DNA of 21,302 bases from Candidatus Eiseniibacteriota bacterium (lineage in GTDB: Bacteria > Eisenbacteria > RBG-16-71-46), in the NCBI GenBank assembly GCA_031364845.1, contig JANLWX010000145.1:1-21302 (forward strand). Reading direction: 5' to 3'. The first letter of the stretch is position 1, and the number at the start of each line of letters is the position of its first letter. Shown here in pieces: positions 1 to 8,141 of this stretch. A program made the position numbers and the translations under genes. The notes beneath the pieces were generated by a model. It worked only from the letters and a program-made list of their open reading frames with translations, ran no database searches and had not been told where the DNA came from.

Positions 1-135
1 GACGATTTCCCGCCCGATCAACCAGTTGGCACAGACCTGCGTCGTATTGACGCTTCGAGCAGCTGAAACGCGGGCGGATTCGAGGATAACCCGAATCCTT
101 CCGTAGAGGTCGACCCGCCTGACGAGCCGGGTCAT
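1..135 (-). CDS. DUF1016/YhcG-family (PDDEXK nuclease-associated) protein, N-terminal 45 codons; runs off the window
   Basis: Hand translation from ATG at 135: MTRLVRRVDLYGRIRVILESARVSAARSVNTTQVCANWLIGREIV. This fits the DUF1016 N-terminal pattern (I..AR..A.R.VN...V...W.IG..IV). The ATG overlaps the methyltransferase stop (TAATG coupling). Not in the ORF track. Confidence 0.8.
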   Translation of the reverse strand, partial: MTRLVRRVDLYGRIRVILESARVSAARSVNTTQVCANWLIGREIV

Positions 136-1769
136 TAGAGACTGTTCACCGGCTCGAACAGTGGGATTTGGCCCGGTTTGGGCGGAGCCTTGGGCAGGTT
201 CTCGATGCTGAGGCTGTAGTCGTCGTGACCCCACTCACAGCGGGAGAGCACGGCTTTAGGGAGCTTCTTCACCGTCAGGTTCGGATAGCGCTCAGCTTTA
301 CCGCGGAACGCGGTACAGAGCACGAGCAGCGACCGCTCAGGGCCGACCTCGTCGGAGAGTTGCTGAAGTTGATCGGCGCTCAAACTCTGCGTGGTGACGT
401 AGATGAAGTCGCGTTCGGTCGAGTGGCCGTGCTGCCAGTAGAGCGCATCGCTCGGTGCGTACTGGAAGCCTTCAAGTTTGCAGACCGCCTCGGCCAGCAT
501 CGCTGGATTGAATTCCTTCCTGATGACCCAATTCCCCCACTTGTCCTTCTCGAGAAGCGAGGGTGCGAGACGGTAGTAGCGAAATCCACCGCCGCCTTTC
601 CAACCGGTGGCTTCAGTGACACCGCCGGGATCGGCTCCGTCGATGACCTTCGCAAGTCGCGGGATGATGTGCGTGTGGCAGTGCTCGCCGAGCTCGACCA
701 TGATCCAGCGGCGGCCCATCTTGTGGGCAACTGCGCCGGTGGTACCGGAACCCGCGAAGGAGTCGAGAACGATGTCGCCGGGGTTGGTGGCGATTTGGAG
801 AATCCTCTGTAACAACCCTTCCGGTTTTGGCGTTGCGAATGGCTCTACGTCGGCTAGGAGCTTGTTCAGGTGATCACGCTTCGCTTCCTGATTGGTGCCA
901 ACCTCATCTGCCGACCACCAGGTTCTAGGTGCCACACCATCGCGCACTTCACTGAGGTACCGCTTAATTATTGGTAGGCGGTCGTCGTTCACCCCGAAGT
1001 AGGCACGCCCCTCACTCCGAGCCGTCTCTAACGTCCGCTCGGAGAATGCCCAGTACCTGCCTGGAGGAGGGGTAACCACTCGGCCAGAGGGGAGTGTCAC
1101 TGGAAAGCGTTGCTTTTCAGTACCGCTCTTCGCCGTTCCGTCATCACCTTGCCGCCATGGTCCACGCGGATCCATGTCAGGATTCTTGAACCTGCCGAGC
1201 TGAGTTGTGGTTCTCGGAAGAAGGTTCCGAGCCGCCGACCATGCCGCTCGCACTTTGGCATAGACAAGTACGTTGTCATGAGAGAGCGAGATATCCGCGT
1301 CACCACGTCCACCCTTGTCTTTCTCCCAAACACACGTAGCCACGAAATTCTGGCGGCCAAAAATCTCGTCACAGATCACCTTGAGATAGTGTGCTTCGTT
1401 GTCGTCTATGGTGATCCAAAGAGATCCGGAATCGCATAGCAGCCTGTTGATTTGGTCGACTCGATCTCGCATGAGCGACAGCCAAACCGAGTGCTCCACA
1501 CCATCGTCGTAGTGCTCGAACGCACTCCCTGTGTTGTATGGCGGGTCAATGAACACGCACTTCACTTTCCCCGAGAACTCCGCTTCCAGCGCCTTCAGCG
1601 CGAGCAGGTTGTCCCCGAAAATCAACCGGTTGTCGAACTGGTCGCCTTCGGTAACACGATGCGCGGCGTGGTGCGACTTCTCCGGATCCTCGAGCAGGAT
1701 CCGCGGTTCCAGCCGCGGGCGGTTCTCTTTGCCGATCCAAGTGAGTTCGAGCTTCTGCTTGCGGTTCAC
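135..1769 (-). CDS. mod: Site-specific DNA amino-methyltransferase, Type III R-M Mod-like (beta class, likely N6-adenine)
   Basis: GDNLLAL, catalytic IDPPY, TPKPE, then SAM-binding DSFAGSGTT in beta order. LELTWIGK N-terminus and GGGFRYY are typical of Mod subunits. GTG start 4 bp after the SNF2 stop. Confidence 0.9.
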   Translation of the reverse strand: MNRKQKLELTWIGKENRPRLEPRILLEDPEKSHHAAHRVTEGDQFDNRLIFGDNLLALKALEAEFSGKVKCVFIDPPYNTGSAFEHYDDGVEHSVWLSLMRDRVDQINRLLCDSGSLWITIDDNEAHYLKVICDEIFGRQNFVATCVWEKDKGGRGDADISLSHDNVLVYAKVRAAWSAARNLLPRTTTQLGRFKNPDMDPRGPWRQGDDGTAKSGTEKQRFPVTLPSGRVVTPPPGRYWAFSERTLETARSEGRAYFGVNDDRLPIIKRYLSEVRDGVAPRTWWSADEVGTNQEAKRDHLNKLLADVEPFATPKPEGLLQRILQIATNPGDIVLDSFAGSGTTGAVAHKMGRRWIMVELGEHCHTHIIPRLAKVIDGADPGGVTEATGWKGGGGFRYYRLAPSLLEKDKWGNWVIRKEFNPAMLAEAVCKLEGFQYAPSDALYWQHGHSTERDFIYVTTQSLSADQLQQLSDEVGPERSLLVLCTAFRGKAERYPNLTVKKLPKAVLSRCEWGHDDYSLSIENLPKAPPKPGQIPLFEPVNSL

Positions 1770-1773
1770 GGTG

Positions 1774-4725
1774 TCATGCTCCCGATGAGCCCGAGACCAA
1801 CCGCCACCGGATAGCGAGTACCTCGCCGAGCGAGGTGTTCTGCGTCAACTTGCCCTCGATGTCGGCGATGAGCTGCTCGCGCTTGTGGTCAATCTCGTCC
1901 TGAGCATCGAAGAGCGACCGGCGCTTCTGTGCTCGTGCCGATTCGAGTGCCTTGAGCTGCTTCTGGCCGGCAAGTTTCTCCTCGAGTGTCAGCGCAGCCT
2001 TGGCAGCACGTCGAGCATCCTTGAGCTGGCGATCGAAGTCCTTGATCTCGCGCTCGAGCGTGAGCTTGAGATCGTCGGCCCAGCCGTCGAGCTTCTCGGC
2101 TTCTGCTTCGTAGAAGTGGCCATTCCGCTCGGAGATCTGATGCTGGATTCGGGCTCGGACCTGTTCGGCCTGGTGAGCCATCGCCGGTGGAGCAGCTCCG
2201 GCCGCAGCGTCGCCACTCACTCGGCCCGGCAAGGCAAATAGCCGACGGGCAGCTTCAGGGTCCAATGCTTGACCATCATCGGTCGTTCCCGACCAAATCA
2301 GGTAATCCTCGGCCTGATCCAAAGATTCCACGGTGAACTTGCTCATCGCCAACCACCCAGAATTCCCAATCCATGGTTCGAGGAGTGTCTGCTTACCCGT
2401 GCGACCGCCGTAGTCAAACTCGATCTCGACGGAAGGCAAGTCGCGCCGGATGGCCCTATCGAGCACGACTTCAGCCAGTGGGTGCCCAAGTCGGTAGAGA
2501 TGAGCCTCTCCGCTACGACGAGGAAGCTCGTAGAGACCGAGAGGAACGCTTTCTTGTGACGGGCTGGACCGGAGCAGAAACGATCCTTCCGCGTGGAAGT
2601 CCGCATGCTCGCGCAGCTCGTAGCGTGTGAGCTGCATCAGGAGCTGCTCGAATCGCGTGAGGTGCTCCCTGGAGTCACGGTCGCGCACACGGAGCTTCTC
2701 GCGAACTTCGTCATCGAAGTGTTCGAGAAGCTTGCTTCGTGTACTAGCCATCGCTTCACCGATCTCCAGCTCGAGTTCGAGTTGAAGCTCGTCGAAGGCA
2801 GTCTGGATCTCGTCGTGCTTGCGGCAACTCTGATAAATGGCGGCGATGCGCTTCTCGAAGTCGACTCCGGACTCGATTGCGCCGAGTACTTCGTCGCTCG
2901 CGCCGAATACTCCCTCGAAGAGCTGGAACTTTTCGGACAACAATTGGAAGACGCGTTGATCCGCCTCGTTCTTACGGTTGAGGAAATTGACGACCACTAC
3001 ATCGTGTTTCTGTCCGTAACGGTGACAGCGACCGATTCGCTGCTCGATGCGCTGCGGATTCCAAGGCAAGTCGTAGTTCACGACCAAAGAGCAGAACTGA
3101 AGATTGATGCCCTCGGCGCCCGCCTCGGTGGCGATCATGATGCGACCTTCGTCACGGAAATAGTCGACCAGTGCTGAACGCATGTCGGCTGTGCGCGAGC
3201 CGGTAACCCGATCGCTACCCGCATGTCGTTCGAGCCAGGCCGCGTAGATCGCCTTGGATCGCACATCCGTGTTGGACCCGTTGAATAGCACGATCCCGTC
3301 GGCAAAAGGACTGTCGGTCAATACACGGAGCAGGTAGTCCTGCGTGCGACGCGACTCCGTGAAGATGATGGCTTTAGGTGCCGATCCGAGTTCGGTGGCC
3401 TTGGCGAAAGCAAACCCGAGCGCCTTGAGCAGGGCTCTACCCTTGGCATTGTGATCGATCGATGTGGCTAGCCGGGCGAACGTGTCGAGGTCAACGATTT
3501 CCGCTTCGATAGCAGCGCGATCGTCATTCGACAGCGACAGCGCCGCTTCCTGATCCTCAGACCATTCCTCGGCCGTTTGATCGAACTCCTCAAAATCTCC
3601 TTCCAGCTCTTCGGACAGTGAACCCGATGCTCCTCGTTTTTCGAGCGTCGCCGTGAGGCGAGCGGACATGGTTTCGAGTGCCCCTGCAATCGCGAACGTG
3701 GATGATGCGAGAAGCTTGCGAAGCACCAAGGTCATGAGCGTGCGCTGGCCAGAGGGCAGCGCCTGAAGATTTGAACGCTGCAGGTACTCTGTGACGAGCG
3801 AGTAAAGACGGTCTTCACCGTCCTCGGGCGTGAACTCCTGCAAGATTGCCAGGCGCTTGGTAAAAGGAATGTACGCCGTCACCTGACGGCGAAGTGTGCG
3901 ATGGCAAATGGGGCGAAGACGATCTTTGAGATCTTGGAATACCTGTTCCTGGGTGACCATTGCGAACTGATCGCGGAAACTCTTGGCGTCCCCGAAGGCG
4001 TGCTCGTCGATAAAACTCACGAGCCCGTACAGCTCGATCAGCGAGTTCTGCAACGGAGTTGCGGTGAGCAACAATTTCGGGGCATTGATCAGAGCGTTCT
4101 TAAGCGTCTTGGCGATTATGTTCGATGGTTTGTGAACATTGCGCAGCCGATGAGCTTCGTCGATCACGACGAGATCCCATGGCGTCCCGTGCACGTCGGA
4201 TGCCTTGCCTCGCGCGAATTGGTAAGAACAGATCACAACCTGATCTACCGGTTGGAACGGTTGAAAGCTGCCGTTCTTGATCGCCGCGTTATAAGATCGA
4301 GCCTCGAGGATCTGGCAAGGGAGGAAGAACTTCTCGCTCAGCTCCTGGTGCCATTGCTTGCGCAAGTTTGCCGGCGTGATCACAAGGATGCGGCGCCGGC
4401 GCTCGGCCCAGCGTTGGGCAATCACCAGGCCCGCCTCGATGGTCTTGCCGAGCCCCACCTCGTCTGCCAGCAGGGCGCCCTTGGATAGTGGCGAGCGAAA
4501 CGCGAACAGCGCGGCATCGACTTGATGCGGGTTCAGGTCCACCTGAGCGCCAGCCACGGTTCCAGCGAGCTTCTCAATGCTGTCGGAAGAGCAGCGGCGG
4601 GTCAGCTCGTGGGCGAAATACTTGGCGTGGTAGTCAGTCAGGCGCGTCGCACCGTCCAAGGTGCTTGATGGCCGGGCTTCGAGGCCGCGGCTGGCAGACG
4701 TCCTGTCGTGCTGTGCCTTGGCCAT
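1774..4725 (-). CDS. SNF2-family (RapA-like) SF2 helicase/translocase associated with the methyltransferase
   Basis: Motifs LADEVGLGKT, DEAH, LTATP, TEAGAEGINLQ, DLPWNP and QRIGRCHRYGQ; charged coiled-coil-like C-terminus. GGAG RBS before the ATG. Confidence 0.92.
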   Translation of the reverse strand: MAKAQHDRTSASRGLEARPSSTLDGATRLTDYHAKYFAHELTRRCSSDSIEKLAGTVAGAQVDLNPHQVDAALFAFRSPLSKGALLADEVGLGKTIEAGLVIAQRWAERRRRILVITPANLRKQWHQELSEKFFLPCQILEARSYNAAIKNGSFQPFQPVDQVVICSYQFARGKASDVHGTPWDLVVIDEAHRLRNVHKPSNIIAKTLKNALINAPKLLLTATPLQNSLIELYGLVSFIDEHAFGDAKSFRDQFAMVTQEQVFQDLKDRLRPICHRTLRRQVTAYIPFTKRLAILQEFTPEDGEDRLYSLVTEYLQRSNLQALPSGQRTLMTLVLRKLLASSTFAIAGALETMSARLTATLEKRGASGSLSEELEGDFEEFDQTAEEWSEDQEAALSLSNDDRAAIEAEIVDLDTFARLATSIDHNAKGRALLKALGFAFAKATELGSAPKAIIFTESRRTQDYLLRVLTDSPFADGIVLFNGSNTDVRSKAIYAAWLERHAGSDRVTGSRTADMRSALVDYFRDEGRIMIATEAGAEGINLQFCSLVVNYDLPWNPQRIEQRIGRCHRYGQKHDVVVVNFLNRKNEADQRVFQLLSEKFQLFEGVFGASDEVLGAIESGVDFEKRIAAIYQSCRKHDEIQTAFDELQLELELEIGEAMASTRSKLLEHFDDEVREKLRVRDRDSREHLTRFEQLLMQLTRYELREHADFHAEGSFLLRSSPSQESVPLGLYELPRRSGEAHLYRLGHPLAEVVLDRAIRRDLPSVEIEFDYGGRTGKQTLLEPWIGNSGWLAMSKFTVESLDQAEDYLIWSGTTDDGQALDPEAARRLFALPGRVSGDAAAGAAPPAMAHQAEQVRARIQHQISERNGHFYEAEAEKLDGWADDLKLTLEREIKDFDRQLKDARRAAKAALTLEEKLAGQKQLKALESARAQKRRSLFDAQDEIDHKREQLIADIEGKLTQNTSLGEVLAIRWRLVSGSSGA

Positions 4726-4772
4726 TTAGGGGTTCTCCAAGCGAAGGCGCCGATCGCAATCGAGTGAACCGA

Positions 4773-4801
4773 AGAATAGGGAGCAAGCCTGGAATGAGCA
4801 A
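4773..4801 (-). promoter_or_regulatory. Candidate sigma70 promoter for the SNF2-mod operon
   Basis: Minus strand TTGCTC-17 bp-TATTCT, about 47 bp upstream of the SNF2 start. Confidence 0.45.
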
Positions 4802-4991
4802 GAACCGTCGGCTAATCGTCACCGTGCTATGGCAAGCCGAGTGAGCCTGTGAAGATGATCGAGCCCCGCCCACCGCACCCGGTGGTAGACTTCTCCTGGC
4901 CGCCGCTGGGTGGCCGAGTCGCCGCGGGCGGATTCGACGATCCTGCCCCGGCAGAGTGTCCGCTGAGCACCCAGACGCAGGAGAGACCACC

Positions 4992-6293
4992 ATGCTTCGT
5001 CGTATTCTGCCGCACCGTGCCGGTCCCCGCGTCGTGGTTCTTCTCGGCATCGGCGCTGCACTCCTGGCCGGCACGCCGGCAGGCGCGCCTATCGTGAACC
5101 GCAGCGTTCTGAAGAGTTTCTACAGCGCGAGCCCGGGGACGACCGGGAGCCAGCCCCGAACGATCGACAGCGAGATCCTGCTGACCTACACCGCGGGCCT
5201 CGCCGGGATGACGTCGGGATCGGGCGCGGCGACGGCACTGTTCCTGTTCGACACGAACGGTGAGCCTCTGACCTCGGGCACCGGCGAAGTTGTGTGCGCG
5301 CCGTGTCTCTATCAAACCGGTGGTACAGCACCGCGACGCACGAGCATCTTGATCGACGACCTGATCATGGCTCACGGAGGCTTTGGAACCAGCGGACAGA
5401 CGAAGCAAGGCTTCGCGGTCATGGACGCCACCGGCGACGCCGACCAACTGACCGCAATGGTCCGGATCAAGACCACCACCGGAACGCCGGGCCAGCCGAG
5501 CATCGTGCCGATCCTGCCGGCGGACGTTCTCAAGGACTTCTTCGAGGCGAGCGTTCAGCCGCGCGTATTCGTGGCTTCCAAGCTGGATGGCATCACCGAC
5601 TGGAACGTGGGCGACTGGGCGATCTTCCATGCTACGTACCTGGGCGGCATCGGCAGTATGCCTGCGGGTGGAGGCGCGAGCCTCGAGGTCTACCTGTTCA
5701 ACGACGACGGAACTCCTAAAGGCGGCAGCACCTCGCCCCAGTGTGCCCCGTGCACCTACGCCCTCGGCAGCGGCGGCACTTCGGGCGCGCGCAACGTCGA
5801 CCTGCGGTTTCCCGCGTCACCGACCGCGTCGGGCGACGGCTTCGCCGTGTTCCGCGTGGCCGGGGCCGACCCGAGTGCCGTGGTCATCGAGCAGACGGAC
5901 GTGGATTCGATTCCCGGAGCGATTCCGACGGTGCTCGTCGTGCGATCCCATGCCCTCGATGCACTCGACCCGCCCGCCGGAAGTGTCGCCGCGAACGAGC
6001 CCGATGTGCAGGGCGCCGCACTCGCGTTGCGCGGAAGCCCCAATCCCTCCGCGGGCGGGATGATGTTCGCCTTCGATCTCGCGAGCGCGACGACCGTGGA
6101 TCTCGAGGTCTTCGACGCTGCCGGACGCAGGATTGCCACCGTGGGGTCCGGCGTACGCGCGGCCGGGCATCACGAGGTGCGCTGGGATCGGCGTGATGAC
6201 GCAGGGAATTCTCTGGCCGCAGGGATCTACTACGGCCGCCTGCGCGCGGGCGACGGTTCGCGCATCACGCGGTTGGTGTTCCTGCCGGAGTAG
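4992..6293 (+). CDS. Secreted protein with two copies of an unknown CAPC-containing domain and a C-terminal FlgD Ig-like/sorting-type domain
   Basis: ATG at 4992 after AGGAG; N-terminal basic plus hydrophobic signal peptide. C-terminus GSPNP...LEVFDAAGRRIAT...WDRRDDAG...GIYYGRL. Internal repeat offset is 149 aa. Confidence 0.8.
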   Translation: MLRRILPHRAGPRVVVLLGIGAALLAGTPAGAPIVNRSVLKSFYSASPGTTGSQPRTIDSEILLTYTAGLAGMTSGSGAATALFLFDTNGEPLTSGTGEVVCAPCLYQTGGTAPRRTSILIDDLIMAHGGFGTSGQTKQGFAVMDATGDADQLTAMVRIKTTTGTPGQPSIVPILPADVLKDFFEASVQPRVFVASKLDGITDWNVGDWAIFHATYLGGIGSMPAGGGASLEVYLFNDDGTPKGGSTSPQCAPCTYALGSGGTSGARNVDLRFPASPTASGDGFAVFRVAGADPSAVVIEQTDVDSIPGAIPTVLVVRSHALDALDPPAGSVAANEPDVQGAALALRGSPNPSAGGMMFAFDLASATTVDLEVFDAAGRRIATVGSGVRAAGHHEVRWDRRDDAGNSLAAGIYYGRLRAGDGSRITRLVFLPE

Positions 6294-6314
6294 GCGGCGC
6301 GGCGTGGCGGGCGT

Positions 6315-8141
6315 CTACTCGATCCGGAGAATCCTCAGCGAGGCAACTGCGCCGGGCGTGCTCAGCCGCGCGAAGTAGAGCCCGGGAACGACGCGCGAAC
6401 CGTCGGCGGCCTCGCCATTCCAGATCGCCTCATGACGGCCGGCGTCACGCTCGCCGCTCACGAGCGTCTGCAGCCGGCGCCCCGTGATATCGAAGATCGC
6501 AAGCTCGACGCGCATGGGGTGCGGCAAGGCATACGACATGCGGGACTCGGTGCGCGAGGGGTTGGATCCGGCCAGCTCCAGCGCCAGTGATCGGCTCGCC
6601 GCCAGGTCTTCCACGCTCACCACCGCCGACGGCCCGGTCGTAAACGCCGAGCCCGCGAACGCCTGATCGACCGCCTGGACGCCCCAATGGATCTGCCCGT
6701 TCGGAAACGCGCTGCGCGGCAGCGTCCACTGGCGCTTCTGACCGACGTTCCCATTCTGTGCGACGCGCCGGAAGCCGTTCGCGAGGTTCGACATCGGAGC
6801 CATGACGTTCGGCGTTCCGGCCGCAGTGCCCGCCCACAGATTGTAGGTGAGGCCGAGTGGCGCGCCCTGCGCATCGGTCGAGGCGTTCCAGCTGAAGGTG
6901 ACTTCGCCCGTGGTCGTGACCGAGAGGCCGGTCGGCGCGGAGGGTGCGGCATTCGCGGATACGCCCGCGACGCGATAGATGCGATGGATCTCGATCAGCG
7001 AACCCTGATCATCGGCCCCCGCCATCATCAGATCGAGGTCGCCGTCCTTGTCGTAGTCGCCCCACGCGAGCGAGCTGTAGAACAGGTTCGGAATGCCGGC
7101 ACTGATGTCGGTGAAGCCCGATCCGGTGTTCCGGTACACGGCTCCGAAGCCGGTCGAACCGGTGGCACCGGCTTCCGCGATGTCCATGCGCCCGTCGTTG
7201 TCGTAGTCGCCCCACACGGTCGATGAGGAGCTCAGCCCTTGAATCACCGCACCCGCGCTGGCAAAGCTGCCGGCGGTGTTGCGCCACACCTCGGTGATGT
7301 AGGAGCCGCTGATGAGCAGATCCGGGTCGCCATCGTTGTCGTAGTCCGCCCAACCGAACGCGCCATTGTTCACGGCCGGCAGGCCCGTGACGACCGGGCT
7401 CAACGTGCCCCCGGTATTCCGGTAGAGCGTGGTGAAGCTGTCAAAACCGGGTCCTGTACCGCTCACGATCAGATCGAGGTCGCGATCGAGATCGTAGTCG
7501 GCCCACGCCATCGCGCTGTAGGACAGGCCGGCGATTCCGGCAGCCGCGTCTGTGAATGTGCCGGCGGTGTTGCGGTAGATCCGTGCGAGCATTCCCGAGT
7601 TCCCGTCGCCGCCCGCGAGTGCGACGTCGAGATCGCCGTCGTTGTCGTAGTCCGCCCACGACACGGCGCAATCGCGCACTCCGACGAGAACGGCGCCGAT
7701 GTCGGCGAACGTTCCGGCGTTGTTGCGGAAGATCCGGGTCACGGGGACCGTCGCGTCGTTGCCGCCGATCACGAGATCGAGGTCGCCGTCGCGATCGTAG
7801 TCGCCCCACGCGAGCGAGCATTCGGTCAACCCGGCACCCACCGGGAGTGCCCCCGCGTCGGCGAAGCTGCCCGCGGTGTTCCGGTAGATTCGCGCGATGC
7901 GGCCCGCGAAGTTTCTGCCGACGACCACGATGTCGAGATCGCCGTCGTTGTCGTAATCGCCCCACGCCGTCGAGCCCGAGAAGATCCCGGTGAGCCCGGC
8001 GCCGATGTCGGTGAACGTGGCGGTCAAGGCATGCCCCGCCGTCAGCATGACGGCCATGACTCCAATGGTCATCGCGGTGATGCGTTTCCTGGCGGGTCTC
8101 CCGGTGTTCAGTTCGCTCGCTCGAGCGATAGTCGTCGTCAC
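6315..8141 (-). CDS. Secreted FG-GAP/VCBS-repeat beta-propeller protein with FnIII-like and FlgD Ig-like C-terminal domains (paralog 2)
   Basis: Seven W[GA]DYDxDxxxD repeats; PSAPTGL...FSW...YNL FnIII-like segment; SNP...IFDITGR...WNG...GLYFARL C-terminal domain. GTG start overlaps the upstream TGA (GTGA). Confidence 0.9.
   Translation of the reverse strand: MTTTIARASELNTGRPARKRITAMTIGVMAVMLTAGHALTATFTDIGAGLTGIFSGSTAWGDYDNDGDLDIVVVGRNFAGRIARIYRNTAGSFADAGALPVGAGLTECSLAWGDYDRDGDLDLVIGGNDATVPVTRIFRNNAGTFADIGAVLVGVRDCAVSWADYDNDGDLDVALAGGDGNSGMLARIYRNTAGTFTDAAAGIAGLSYSAMAWADYDLDRDLDLIVSGTGPGFDSFTTLYRNTGGTLSPVVTGLPAVNNGAFGWADYDNDGDPDLLISGSYITEVWRNTAGSFASAGAVIQGLSSSSTVWGDYDNDGRMDIAEAGATGSTGFGAVYRNTGSGFTDISAGIPNLFYSSLAWGDYDKDGDLDLMMAGADDQGSLIEIHRIYRVAGVSANAAPSAPTGLSVTTTGEVTFSWNASTDAQGAPLGLTYNLWAGTAAGTPNVMAPMSNLANGFRRVAQNGNVGQKRQWTLPRSAFPNGQIHWGVQAVDQAFAGSAFTTGPSAVVSVEDLAASRSLALELAGSNPSRTESRMSYALPHPMRVELAIFDITGRRLQTLVSGERDAGRHEAIWNGEAADGSRVVPGLYFARLSTPGAVASLRILRIE

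Noticed and set aside
135..1769. Phase-variable simple sequence repeat in mod
   Set aside because: No homopolymer or short tandem repeat tract seen in the gene or its 5' region
1..4725. Calling the operon DISARM, BREX or Zorya
   Set aside because: The methyltransferase is Type III Mod-like, and no DrmA/B/C, PglZ/BrxC or ZorA/B is visible
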